A stretch of 64,000 nt of DNA from positions 32,001 through 96,000 of the forward strand of contig OY969564.1 in NCBI GenBank assembly GCA_963701095.1, given 5' to 3'. Below the pieces are notes generated by a model that saw nothing but the letters and a program-made list of their open reading frames with translations, did no database searches and was not told the origin of the DNA. The DNA comes from an uncultured Methanoregulaceae archaeon. GTDB lineage: Archaea > Halobacteriota > Methanomicrobia > Methanomicrobiales > Methanospirillaceae. Positions 1 through 10,460 of the stretch are shown here, piece after piece (position 1 is the first letter of the stretch; each line of letters opens with the position of its first letter). The position numbers and the translations under genes were made by a program.

Positions 1-977
1 AGAGCGGTCCCTTCCCATGAGTTTTCCTTTGGAATTACCAAAAAGGTGGCCCCGGGTAAATCCTCGGTTAAATGCGAGGAAAAGGTCCCGGGTTGACGTT
101 TCCTCCGGGACAAACACACCTCGTACAGCCGCATCAAGGGCGCGCCGGTACGTGGATACAACGATGGATACGTACTCAGCAGATTTCATCCTGCCCTCAA
201 TTTTCAACGATACAATTGGTGTACTGACGAGCCGGGAGATATCCTGGTAGGTACAAAGATCTTTGGGTGAAAGGAGATAGGGCCCCGGAACCGGTACATC
301 CTGAAGATCAAACGGACGGCTGTACCGGTCGATTTCCGCAGTAAACAGTGAATATTTCTTCCGGCACGGCTGGGCACACATACCCCGGTTACCACTTCTT
401 CCGCCTATTACTGAGGAGAGCAGGCACTGGCCGGAGTAACTGTAACAGAGAGCCCCGTGCGCAAATATTTCAAGACCTACGCCGGTATCAGCCGTTTCCT
501 GGGCGATTGATTCTACCTCGGAAAGAGGGAGCTCCCGGGCAAGTACTACTCGTGAGAACCCGAGGCTTTGCGCCCACCGGACTCCCTCTGCATTGTGAAT
601 GGTGAGCTGGGTCGAAGCATGGAGTACAAGATCGGGCACAATCTCGTGTGCAAGTGCCGCAACACCGGTATCCTGTACTAGCACAGCGTCGACTCCCACC
701 GCATACAGCCGGACCAAATATTCTAAAACATCGGCGAGTTCCCGGTCATGGATCAGCGTATTAACCGTAACATAAACCTTTACACCCCGGGTATGGGCAT
801 ATACCACCGCCTCTTCAATCTCTTTTTCAGAAAAATTCGGGGCAAACTTCCGTGCACCAAACTGTTTACCACTCAGGTAGACTGCATCTGCCCCGGCGTT
901 GACTGCCGCTAAGAATGCCGCCGGGAGCCGGCCGGGGCAAGCAGTTCCGGGATTTTTTTTAGTTGATGATGCAGCAT
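1..977 (-). CDS. U32-family peptidase-like protein (RlhA/TrhP-like), runs off window; one frameshift near 925
   Basis: Manual translation gives MLHHQLKKIPELLAPAGS, then after adding one C: PAAFLAAVNAGADAVYLSGKQFGAR...HASTQ...FAHGALCYSYSGQCLLSSVIGGRSGNRGMCAQPCR, the U32 signature. Confidence 0.85.
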
Positions 978-988
978 GGTGTCCCCTT

Positions 989-1525
989 CTAGCGGAGGAA
1001 GAAATGTATTATGCCAAGAGTAGCAAGAGTGGTTGTAACTGCAGCGACCCAGTATCCGGCCATGGTTATCGCAAACGTCCGTCCTTTGTTCCATCCGAAA
1101 AGCCATGAAGCCGGGGAGCAGAGGTATACGCCAATCAGGATCTCTACAGGAAACAGGCCGAGAATGCCATACCGGTCAAATAATTTAGAGCGATGTACCA
1201 TCCTTCTTGTCCAATCGAGAAAGCCCGCTACGCGCCCGGACGCTGTTCCAATGGCATCGAGCATACCAAAGATGCCAAGAAATATCCCGGCCTCGATACT
1301 GGTGGCTGCCAGAAGCGCGTAAAGCGGGGGCAGTCCAAGAGCTATGCCTATAGGTATCGATCCGTATTCGATAAGAAACGCGCTTGCTATCAGGGCACAT
1401 GCCGCGCTCAGAGATAAGGTAAACGCGTATGCACCAACGAGCGGAAGGATGAACGCAAGGAGGACCCACCACCCGACTGCCTTGCATGCAGTTCGGAGCG
1501 TTGTCAATACTGCCGCACGTTCCAT
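989..1525 (-). CDS. Multi-pass membrane protein (small multidrug-export-like)
   Basis: Several hydrophobic helices; SIPIGIALGLPP and RYGILGLF motifs. Confidence 0.55.
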   Translation of the reverse strand: MERAAVLTTLRTACKAVGWWVLLAFILPLVGAYAFTLSLSAACALIASAFLIEYGSIPIGIALGLPPLYALLAATSIEAGIFLGIFGMLDAIGTASGRVAGFLDWTRRMVHRSKLFDRYGILGLFPVEILIGVYLCSPASWLFGWNKGRTFAITMAGYWVAAVTTTLATLGIIHFFLR

Positions 1526-1646
1526 ATCCAGCAAAAGAGCTTCAACCCGTAAAGTGATAAACCGGTACCCCAGAGAAAAATACGGTTAAGAGAATTTCAA
1601 AGCAGAGCACATCTTTTTGAGAGCTGCCGGCTAACGTTCAGGTAAT

Positions 1647-2279
1647 ATGCAGATAATTGCCTGCTTAATCAATCCCCAACAGGCCGCAGACGCACAGAAG
1701 CAGGGAGCGGACATCATCGAACTCCGCCTTGACCTTATGGAAGGAAATCCGGTAGATCTCGTGCGGCAGTGCAAAGCAATTTCAAATCTCCCGGTGATTG
1801 CCACACTCCGCTCTGCGCAGCAAGGAGGAAGGTACTTCGGGACACCTCAAGAATGGGAAAAGAAAATCACCCCAGTACTTCCCCTTGTAGACTATGTTGA
1901 TATCGAGCAGCAGTTTGCCCGGGGCGCAATGCTCGTAAAAGCCGCCGAAAAAACAATCATTGCCTCGCATCACGAGAGCCAGACGATGCCGCTTCATGTC
2001 CTTTTCGTGCTCGAACAGGAACTGCGGTCGTACGGTGATATACCCAAGATCGTTATCACTCCTGCAAGTGAAGACGATATTATTGACCTGATTGCATTTA
2101 CCCGGGCAGCGAAAAAACCCATATGTACCGGGGTGATGGGTACAACCTTCCGGTATGCCCGCGCTGTTCTCCCGCTCTTTGGTTCAGATTATGTTTACTG
2201 TCATACAGGGACACCGACAGCTCCAGGCCAGTACTCTGTCGCAGAGTTTATGACTTTAAAAAAGCTCCTCTTTTCTTAA
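1647..2279 (+). CDS. aroD: Type I 3-dehydroquinate dehydratase
   Basis: ADIIELRLD, IATLRS..QGG, YVDIE, IIASHH, TAPGQ motifs; convergent with the aro operon. Confidence 0.9.
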   Translation: MQIIACLINPQQAADAQKQGADIIELRLDLMEGNPVDLVRQCKAISNLPVIATLRSAQQGGRYFGTPQEWEKKITPVLPLVDYVDIEQQFARGAMLVKAAEKTIIASHHESQTMPLHVLFVLEQELRSYGDIPKIVITPASEDDIIDLIAFTRAAKKPICTGVMGTTFRYARAVLPLFGSDYVYCHTGTPTAPGQYSVAEFMTLKKLLFS

Positions 2280-2314
2280 AATGATAAATATATCCGAGCA
2301 GACATGATAAAAGG

Positions 2315-3300
2315 TCACCGGTATTTTTTCTGTTCGAGCACCGCATCGACTATCACAAGGGCGAGCATCGCTTCTGCCACCGGGATTATCCGGGGCACAA
2401 TACAGGGATCATGTCGCCCGCCAACGTTTATATCAACGACGTTTCCGTGGATGTCTCGTGTTTTCTGGGTCTTTGCAATGGATGGCGTTGGTTTGACGGC
2501 AATACGAACGACAATATCCTTGCCTGACGAAATGCCTCCAAGAATCCCCCCGGCATGGTTGGAGGCAAACCCGGTTTTGGTCATCTGGTCATTGTTCTCA
2601 CTTCCAAACCGCCCGGCAACAGCAAAACCATCACCTATTTCGACTCCTTTAACTGCACCGATTCCCATCATTGCACCGGCAAGTGCGGCGTCGAGTTTGC
2701 CGGAAACCGGGTCTCCCAGTCCTACCGGACAGCCGGACGCCACGATCTCTGCAATCCCTCCTACGGAGTCACCCGCATTTTTTACTGCAAGTATTTCCTG
2801 TTCAATTTCCCGGGTGGTGGTTTTCCCATGCACGGATATAATCCGGCCGGTCACCGCAATCCCGAAGCCGGAAAGGTACTTTAACGCAACTGCTCCTGCC
2901 GCTACCCGTCCTACGGTTTCCCTGCCCGAACTCCGTCCACCGCCCCGGTAATCGCGGATCCCGTATTTTTCCTGGTAGGTGAAATCTGCATGACCTGGAC
3001 GGAATTTTTCTTTGATTGCTGCGTAATCGCCTGAGTGCATATCCCGGTTCCTGACCAGTAACGCAATCGGAGATCCTGTAGTCATCCCCTCAAATACACC
3101 GGAGAGGATTTCGACTGTGTCAGTTTCGTTGCGGGCCGTTGTAAGGTCAGAAGTGCCCGGCGGCGCCGGTCAAGCAGAGGCTGGATATCTGCGGTAGATA
3201 ATGCGAGCTGTGCCGGGCATCCGTCAATTACCACCCCCACGGCCGGACCGTGGCTTTCCCCGAATGTTGTAACTGCAAAATTCCTGCCAAAGGTGTTCAT
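2315..3300 (-). CDS. aroC: Chorismate synthase (frameshift near 3160)
   Basis: TTFGESHG in ORF 3082-3300; [16 protein letters not shown] and RHDPC in ORF 2315-3085; one added C restores [14 protein letters not shown]. Confidence 0.93.
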
Positions 3301-4686
3301 GCCAATATCTCCCGTATGACCGTCTCGGGAACGTCTATCCCAAAGAAGAGACGGAACTGTTCGCGTGCCTGGTGGATAAAAACCTCAGTCCCGGTAATGG
3401 TTTTACATCCTGCTCTTCGGGCGGCTGCAATAAACGGTGTGACCGGAGGTGTATACACAAGATCAAATACGGTCATCTCCTTTTTGAGCTGATCGTCCCG
3501 AACCGGACTTGAGGTATCCGGGTCCATACCAACAGGTGTTGCGTTTACCACCAGATCCGGAGTTATTCCATCAAATGCGTCCCATGTGCGCCAGCTGCAA
3601 CCAAACCGTTTTGCAAGCGCCTGTGCTTTTCGTGGTGTCCGGTTCAGGATGATAACCTCCATATCAAGATCCAACAATGCATACGCTGCAGCCGCAGCAA
3701 CCCCTCCGGCACCGAGCGGTCCTGCACAAGATCCGGCCAGATTTTCAAGAGGTTTTCGTATCCCCTGCCAGTCGGTATTGCTGCCATACGTCTTTTCGCA
3801 GGCAAAAACAACCGTATTTACCGCCCCTATCTTTCGGGCTGACTCGTCGATCTCGTCAAGAAGAGCCATTATATCCTGTTTAAAGGGGATGGTAACCGAG
3901 AGCCCTTTTGCATCGATCTCCCGGGCTTTTTCCATGATAGTCTGTATTGACGGATCCCAGAACCGGGTGTAATGGCAGTTGAGCTGGTATTTCTCAAACA
4001 GCCTGTTAAAAAGCAGGGGACCTTTGCTGTGTCCACAGGGGCAGCCGGCAACACCGAGAAACCGGATCTGCGGGTCATACCGGGTGCCAACCAACAGGGA
4101 TTTCATCTGCTCCCGTTCCTGAACCGGGAGAGGGCTTGCTGCAAACCACCGGAAGACAGACTCCCGGGTCGGTGCAAAAACAGTACCTTTATCCAGAAGA
4201 CAAAGTATGTTGTCAGCTGCCTGTTCCGTCGATGTTCGGCTCGTGTCAACGCAAAAATCTGCAGCCGCAGCATAGTTGCATCGCCTGGAAGCGATTACGT
4301 GGGCGATCTCTTCTTCCGGAGGAAGACCGGTAAGGGGAGGCCGGGGAGATCGTGCCAGCCGGCGACCGATAGTCGCATGATCCGCGTGCAGGAGGACACC
4401 TATGCTTGCTGCACGAAGCTGTTCCATTTTTGCCGGATCCATCACGACGCCACCTCCGGTACTGACGATACAGTCTGATGAAGGAAGACTGGAAATCACT
4501 TCGCGTTCAAGGATCCGGAACCTCCTCTCCCCCTCATTACGGAATATCTCGGGGATTGTTTGGCCGCTCCTTTTTTCTACTAATTCGTCGGTGTCGATAA
4601 AAGCTCATCCCGAGCCGCCGGGCAAGAACGGTTCCGATAGCTGTTTTGCCCGTACCCCGGTATCCGAAGAGTACGATCCTTTTCAT
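3297..4686 (-). CDS. aroE: Shikimate kinase (P-loop type) - shikimate dehydrogenase fusion (frameshift near 4600)
   Basis: ATG 4686 gives [15 protein letters not shown]; removing one T gives FIDTD...EGERRFR..E...STGGG; C-terminal HSKGP, SVTIPFK, GAVNT, NTDW, NATPVG, DLVY motifs. Confidence 0.88.
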
Positions 4687-5948
4687 TCTATCACCCCGGA
4701 AAGCATAGTCCAGAATGCCGGGAAGGACTTGTTAACGCATTCCGCTCCGGTGATCGATACACCGCCGATGCCAAGACCAAGTATGGCGAAGCTCATCGCG
4801 GTACGGTGGTCGTTTGCCGGGTCTATAGTGCCCCCGTGGAGAGGGGCGGGCCGGATAATAATCCGGTTGCCATCAGTTTCTGCAAAAGCCCCAAGCTGCC
4901 GTAGGCGTTCGGCAGTGACCGCAAGACGGTCACTCTCCTTATATTTCAGGTGTCCTATACCGGTGATTACCGTGGGGGTCTTTGCCACTGCCGCCACCAT
5001 ACAGAGTGTCTGGACAGTATCGGGAGATGAGGACATATCAATGGTAATGCCGGAAAGGATTCCTTCGTTTTCGACTGTCACGCTGGTATGTGACCAGGTA
5101 ACGTGGCAGCCCATTTTTGTAAGGGCACCAAGCAAAAGTCGATCTCCCTGTACCGAATCCGGGGTAAGATCGTTCACTGTAACTTTTCCGCCACAGATCG
5201 CCGCAAGGGCAAAAAAATACGAAGCAGATGAATAGTCCCCTTCGATGACATACGTACACCCGGTGTAACGATCCTGATTACTCACTTCGAAAAGCTTGTA
5301 CTTTTCACGATGGATTTTTGCCCCAAATTTGGCCATGACACCGACCGTAATATCGAGATAAGACTGCGATGCTGGTGTTCCGGTGATTGCAAGGGTCACC
5401 GGTTTGCGTGAATACGGTGCTGCCATCAAAACCGAAGAAGCAAACTGGCTGCTCACCGACCCATCGATTGAGGTAGTTCCTCCTTCAAGGCTGCCTCCTA
5501 TTGTAAGGGGAGGAAAACCCGGTTTTTTCTTAAAGGTGATCTTTGCCCCCAGAACCGAAAGGGTATGTGCAAGCGGGTCGACCGGCCGTTCCTGCATCCT
5601 GGCGTTTCCTGTAAGAGTAACCGGATGATCTGCCAGGAGTACCGATGAGGAAAGCAGGCGCAGGGATGTCCCGGAGTTTTCAAGATCGAGTACTGTACCG
5701 GGGGGACAGGAAAAACTCCCGTCACATCCTTCAATGGTCACGCTTCTTTCCCCGGCACTGATATTGACACCAAGTGTGGCAAGAGCCGTAATAGTGAGGT
5801 TAGTATCCTCGGCCAAAAGAGGTTTGATGATCGTGCTTGTGCCACGGGCAAGTGCTGCTGCGATAAGGGCACGGTGCGTGTAACTCTTAGATGGCGGGGC
5901 AGTAACCGTAAGATCGACACTTCGCCTCTTTGGAAGGGTTACGATCAT
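4683..5948 (-). CDS. aroA: EPSP synthase
   Basis: PPSKSYTHR, NSGTSLR, SSQF, EGDYSSA, KESDR, DHRTAM motifs. Confidence 0.95.
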   Translation of the reverse strand: MIVTLPKRRSVDLTVTAPPSKSYTHRALIAAALARGTSTIIKPLLAEDTNLTITALATLGVNISAGERSVTIEGCDGSFSCPPGTVLDLENSGTSLRLLSSSVLLADHPVTLTGNARMQERPVDPLAHTLSVLGAKITFKKKPGFPPLTIGGSLEGGTTSIDGSVSSQFASSVLMAAPYSRKPVTLAITGTPASQSYLDITVGVMAKFGAKIHREKYKLFEVSNQDRYTGCTYVIEGDYSSASYFFALAAICGGKVTVNDLTPDSVQGDRLLLGALTKMGCHVTWSHTSVTVENEGILSGITIDMSSSPDTVQTLCMVAAVAKTPTVITGIGHLKYKESDRLAVTAERLRQLGAFAETDGNRIIIRPAPLHGGTIDPANDHRTAMSFAILGLGIGGVSITGAECVNKSFPAFWTMLSGVIE

Positions 5949-6736
5949 AAGGGGACCTCTATCCTTGGATAGCATCCCAGGTTCCTGATATTGGTGATTT
6001 CCCTGAGTTCCCGGAGTGCCTCGTCAGTATATGTATTTACGGCGTAATCGAGGAAAAAGACATATTTTCCCATCCCTTTTTTTGACGGACGCGATTCGAT
6101 ACGGGTAAGGTTGATTCTCCTTGTTGCAAAAACGCCCAGAAGATCGTAAAGCAACCCGGCCCGGTCAATATCCGGATCAATCAGAAGGCTGCATTTGCCG
6201 GATTGATTGGAAGCACAAGGGACTGTTGCAATCCGCACAAAACGGGTTGTGTTCCCCGGGTTGTTCTCTATGTGTCCTGCGATAATCGGTAGTTTATACA
6301 TCGCCGCTGCCGAGGCCGAAAGGATCGCCCCGGCGTTCGGGGTCTTTTTTGCTTCAATGGCACTTGATGCGTTGCTGCTTGTGTGTATTACCGGGACCTG
6401 CCATCGTTCGATCCATGTGCTGCATTGCTCATGAGTCTGGGGGTGAGCGTAAATCACGCGGATTTTGTCAAGCGGTACAAGGGAGGCAAAATTATGGTGC
6501 ACCGGCATATACATCTCTGCAATAATCGATAGGGGATATTTTGTCAGACCGTCAAGGGTCTCCCCGACCCCTCCAGCCTCAGAGTTCTCTATTGGTACAA
6601 TACCGTCACCATTACCTGCAGCTACGCTCGCAAAGATGCGGTGGATGGTAGGTTCCAAGACCACCGGATCGCATTTCAGCCTGAGTGCGAGTTCGTGGGA
6701 GAATGTCCCTTCGGGGCCAAGGGTAATAACGGTCAT
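5945..6736 (-). CDS. pheA: Prephenate dehydratase with ACT domain
   Basis: LGPEGTFS, PIENS, NTTRF, INLTRIESRP motifs. Confidence 0.93.
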   Translation of the reverse strand: MTVITLGPEGTFSHELALRLKCDPVVLEPTIHRIFASVAAGNGDGIVPIENSEAGGVGETLDGLTKYPLSIIAEMYMPVHHNFASLVPLDKIRVIYAHPQTHEQCSTWIERWQVPVIHTSSNASSAIEAKKTPNAGAILSASAAAMYKLPIIAGHIENNPGNTTRFVRIATVPCASNQSGKCSLLIDPDIDRAGLLYDLLGVFATRRINLTRIESRPSKKGMGKYVFFLDYAVNTYTDEALRELREITNIRNLGCYPRIEVPL

Positions 6737-7557
6737 TTTTTCACCATGCATTCGATTAAGGTATCGGTGAGCTTTTGGCCGCGTTCGCAGTAGGCACCCA
6801 GGTGACGGGTGTCGCGGGAAAAGAACGCCGAAAATGCCCCGGAATCGCCACGTTTCACAATGTCTGAAAGTTCACCGGCGGCCGACTGGCACGCAGCAAG
6901 TACCTCAGGCACAAACGGGTTTTGTTCGAGAATATCTGCATACATTGCCGGGTCCTGCGAAAGCAGTCTTCCCATAAGCGAGAGTTCGATCTGGTAGACC
7001 GGACTCATGAATTTCTCGGTTTCCTGTATATCTACGCCAAGTCTGCGGATGGTATCAGCCAAACAAATCGTGACAAAATGGGTAAGCCCCTGAACTATGG
7101 CCATCATCCGGTCATGTTCTTCTGGAGTTGTAATCGTGCAGATGGCACCCTCTTTGAGGAAAATACTTTTGAGTTGGTCAAGTCTGGCATCGGCCGTGCG
7201 TGCAGGACACATCACGATGGTTTGGCCGGAAATTGATGATACAGTCGGCCCGAACATCGGGTGCAGTCCGATCACTTCTGCCTTTGATCTCAGCATTGCT
7301 CTTACCGGATCGGATTTGAGCGATGTAAAGTCACAAAGAAGCTGATCTTCCCTTAAATGTGGTGCAATTTCATTGATGATCCGGACCGTGTCATGAATCG
7401 GAACCGAGACAATCACGAGATCGCATGTCCGTGCAATGGTGGCGTTTGTCACCGTTGTTGAACTTCCTGATACACATACTTCATATCCCGCACGTTCAAA
7501 GACCGGGACAAAAAGCCTTCCCATCTTTCCGGTTCCGCCGATAATGCCTGCCTTCAT
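6733..7557 (-). CDS. tyrA: Prephenate dehydrogenase
   Basis: GIIGGTGKMG, DFTSLK, HPMFGP, EHDRMMA.VQGLTH motifs. Confidence 0.92.
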   Translation of the reverse strand: MKAGIIGGTGKMGRLFVPVFERAGYEVCVSGSSTTVTNATIARTCDLVIVSVPIHDTVRIINEIAPHLREDQLLCDFTSLKSDPVRAMLRSKAEVIGLHPMFGPTVSSISGQTIVMCPARTADARLDQLKSIFLKEGAICTITTPEEHDRMMAIVQGLTHFVTICLADTIRRLGVDIQETEKFMSPVYQIELSLMGRLLSQDPAMYADILEQNPFVPEVLAACQSAAGELSDIVKRGDSGAFSAFFSRDTRHLGAYCERGQKLTDTLIECMVKK

Positions 7558-7559
7558 TT

Positions 7560-8552
7560 TCACTTCTCGCGGATAGTCTCTTTAACCGGCATGCCAAAGT
7601 GCCTGCCTCCTTCAAGAGAACAACCAAGGATACTGTTTCCGGTGGCAAGATTCACAACCGAGATGGCTTTTCCCTCGGGGGTTACAAGCCGGATCGTTTC
7701 AGCATTCTGGAGGATCAGGCTTGCTTTTGCCCCTCCCTCTTCAGCTTTTGCTTCAATAAGGAGCAGCGGCCGGCGTTCTATCTTGGTCCGTCCGATAATC
7801 GCCGATCGTGCGGCACCGTGACTATCGGAAACAAGTACCTGGCCGCCGATCGAAAGATCGGACAGGTATGCGGTTTTTCCATCCGGCAGCAGGATATATG
7901 CATGTACGGCTCCGGCGTTAACTCGGAATGGGCGGGGGGCTACGTATGGGTTTTCCAGTGTTTCGGCATGTACGAGGAGCATGGCAGATGAGGTGTTTCC
8001 CATCAGCATGCCATCACCGTCGGTAAGCATCGAACAGGTATCCACGCAGACCCGGTCTCCCATACCTACCGGCTGGATTTTGGTTACCGTAAATGGAACG
8101 AGTCTTACACTACTAGAGGCGTTTTTAATACGTGCTGCAACGTTCTTTATGACCGAGGGATCGCTTGTTTTCAGGAAGATACCATACACGCCTTTTTCAA
8201 GGACATGTAAGGCAAGTTCGGCCTCTTGGACATCTTTTACTGCTGCAATGATCCGGTCAGACTGGGCTACAAGGTTTTCGAGAGGAATAACGGTCCAGTC
8301 GCTCGTAGTAACGATAACAATCTTATGTTTTCCTTTTCTTGCTGCTTCGTTTTCGCTTTCCTTATCGGTGATCGTACATTCAATCACATCTGTCCCAAGG
8401 ACAAGATCGCCATCGGGAGCAATCGTGGTAATCCTGCCAAGCCGGTGAACGTCTTCTGCCCGATTCGTCACAACCGCATCTGCGCCGCTCTCTAGTGCCG
8501 TTGTCACGATCTCTTTATTCCACGGGCGGGCATCTACCCAGAACTGTTTCAT
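7560..8552 (-). CDS. 3-dehydroquinate synthase type II (archaeal AroB')
   Basis: [42 protein letters not shown] motifs. Confidence 0.92.
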   Translation of the reverse strand: MKQFWVDARPWNKEIVTTALESGADAVVTNRAEDVHRLGRITTIAPDGDLVLGTDVIECTITDKESENEAARKGKHKIVIVTTSDWTVIPLENLVAQSDRIIAAVKDVQEAELALHVLEKGVYGIFLKTSDPSVIKNVAARIKNASSSVRLVPFTVTKIQPVGMGDRVCVDTCSMLTDGDGMLMGNTSSAMLLVHAETLENPYVAPRPFRVNAGAVHAYILLPDGKTAYLSDLSIGGQVLVSDSHGAARSAIIGRTKIERRPLLLIEAKAEEGGAKASLILQNAETIRLVTPEGKAISVVNLATGNSILGCSLEGGRHFGMPVKETIREK

Positions 8553-9336
8553 CTATTTCTGCTCCAGGGCTTTTTTCGGGTCGACGTTGTGGTGCACGAC
8601 ACGACAGATAGACTGGACAAATGCCCGGGTGTTGTCGCGCTGGAAGGCATTTCTTCCCATGCAGACACCTGCCCCCCCGGCTGCGATAGAGTCCCGGATC
8701 ATTTCAAGCGATTCAAGGTCGCTTATTTTTTCACCGCCAGCTGACAAAAACCGGTACCGAACAGGCTTTCGTGATCCGGGTAAATGCTTCAGGCGTCCCC
8801 GGGTAGCTGGTTTTAATCATGTCGGCGCCCAGTTCCTCGGCTACTCTTACACATTGGCCGATGGTCTGTGGCGATGCGGGATCGATACCTTTTCCCCGCG
8901 GGTAGATCATCACCAGGAGCGGGATGCCCCAGCGGTTGCAGTCCCGGACGATTTTTGCCCCGGATTCAAGCATTTTCGATTCGTTTGGAGCACCGAGGTT
9001 GATATGGATGGAGACCGCATCGGCGCCCAGAGCGATGGCCTCTTCAACAGAACAGACAAGCACCTTGTCGTTGGGGTCCGGGTTGAGTGAAGTACTTCCC
9101 GAGAGGTGCACAATAAGGCCGATGTCTCGGCCATGTCTCCGGTGACCTGTCTTGACCATACCCTTATGGAGGACGATAGCGTTTGCCCCGCCTTCACTGA
9201 TATCGGTTATTACTTTAGTCATATCAAGGAGGCCGTCAATCTGTCCCATGGAAAAACCATGGTCCATCGGTATAATCACCGAGCGTCCCGTGTTCCTGTC
9301 TATAATTCGTTCGATCCTGATTTCCTTTCCTACCAT
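8553..9336 (-). CDS. ADH synthase / DhnA-type class I aldolase, paralog 2 (frameshift near 8748)
   Basis: PMDHG, HLSGST, GADAVS.H.N.G, YPRG, ELGADMIKT; removing one T restores PVLSAGG...GRNAFQ. Confidence 0.85.
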
Positions 9337-9346
9337 GATTTTTCCC

Positions 9347-10138
9347 TCACGCATTGAGAATTTTTAGCGCTTCCGTGACGCTCATATTCTGGTGCACGAT
9401 ACAGGCTGCCGCACGGACAAACTTGTCCGGTGTCCGGTGCTGGAAAGCATTCCGGCCAATCGAGATCCCGGCAGCTCCTCCCGCGATCGCGCCTTCAATC
9501 AGTTCAAGTGTTGTGCGGTCATCAGTCTTTGAACCTCCGGCAACAACAACTGGAACAGGGCAACCTCTGGTTACTTCGCGAAACGATTCCGGATCACCGG
9601 TATATACCGTTTTCACGATATCTGCCCCCAGCTCAGCTGCTACCCGGGCTGCGAGTTTAACCTGGTCGACATCATTTTCTTTTTTAATGTCCTTGCCTCG
9701 CGGGTACATCATTGCGAGCAATGGCATGCCCCATTCCATACATTCGATGGCGACATTTCCCAGATCCGAGAGCATCCGGGCTTCAGAATCTGCTCCGATA
9801 TTGACATGCATCGAGACCGCGTCAGCACCCATCCTGAGAGCGTTGGTTACAGAATTCACCAGCACTTTCTCGTTCGGATCCGGGGAGATCGAAGTACTTG
9901 CTGACAGATGCAGGATAAGCCCGATATCCCGGCCTCCCTGACGGTGACCGTAAAGGGCAAGGCCGACATGTCCTATAACGGCGTTCGCTCCACCGTCAGC
10001 AACGAGGTTAACTGCCTGCGACATATCAATAAGGCCCTGGATCGGGCCGTTTGTCACACCGTGATCCATCGGTACTATTACTGTTTTTTTCGTATTCCGG
10101 TTCATGATACGTTCCAGACGAATTTCTTTACCGCTCAT
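9347..10138 (-). CDS. 2-amino-3,7-dideoxy-D-threo-hept-6-ulosonate (ADH) synthase, paralog 1; first gene of the aro operon
   Basis: [47 protein letters not shown]-like site upstream of ATG 10138. Confidence 0.88.
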   Translation of the reverse strand: MSGKEIRLERIMNRNTKKTVIVPMDHGVTNGPIQGLIDMSQAVNLVADGGANAVIGHVGLALYGHRQGGRDIGLILHLSASTSISPDPNEKVLVNSVTNALRMGADAVSMHVNIGADSEARMLSDLGNVAIECMEWGMPLLAMMYPRGKDIKKENDVDQVKLAARVAAELGADIVKTVYTGDPESFREVTRGCPVPVVVAGGSKTDDRTTLELIEGAIAGGAAGISIGRNAFQHRTPDKFVRAAACIVHQNMSVTEALKILNA

Positions 10139-10146
10139 AACAACAA

Positions 10147-10194
10147 CAACTCCCCCTTCAGCCCTGAACAAGAGATCAGATATTGAAGGGAATT
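10147..10194 (-). promoter_or_regulatory. Predicted hairpin pairing the leader stop region with the SD of the first aro gene
   Basis: mRNA UAAUUCCCUUCA-AUAUCUGA-UCUCUUGU-UCAGGGC-UGAAGGGGGAGUU: CCCUUCA/UGAAGGG outer stem and UCUGA/UCAGG inner stem. Confidence 0.6.
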
Positions 10195-10264
10195 ACCGAT
10201 ACCAGGAATAAAACCTGAATCTAAAATAGCTAAAAAAACCGAAAACGCTAGAGCAAAGGCTCAT
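10193..10264 (-). CDS. Putative aromatic-rich leader peptide (23 aa, MSLCSSVFGFFSYFRFRFYSWYR)
   Basis: Read manually; 6 Phe, 3 Tyr, 1 Trp; stop 54 nt upstream of the aro operon start. Confidence 0.75.
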   Translation of the reverse strand: MSLCSSVFGFFSYFRFRFYSWYR

Positions 10265-10460
10265 AACGCATGTTTTTTCAGAAACGGGACTGATTATGCT
10301 CCGGACGGGTGCTGCGCTTTCAGAGATAAAGACATTCACGAGGGAAAAAACCCTCACGGGCGCTGGCGCACTCTTCCTGCATGATCATTTGTTTGGATTT
10401 GTGCCTATATAATTGTGTGTGCTAATGTGTAGCATGGCAGAAAAATATAACCTTATTCCA

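Noticed and set aside
2304..9941. Long plus-strand ORFs opposite the aro operon
   Set aside because: Antisense shadows of well-supported genes
10340..10355. GAGGG-A6-CCCTC hairpin as part of the aro leader
   Set aside because: It lies upstream of the candidate aro TATA boxes; more likely the 3' end of the kinase transcript, or chance
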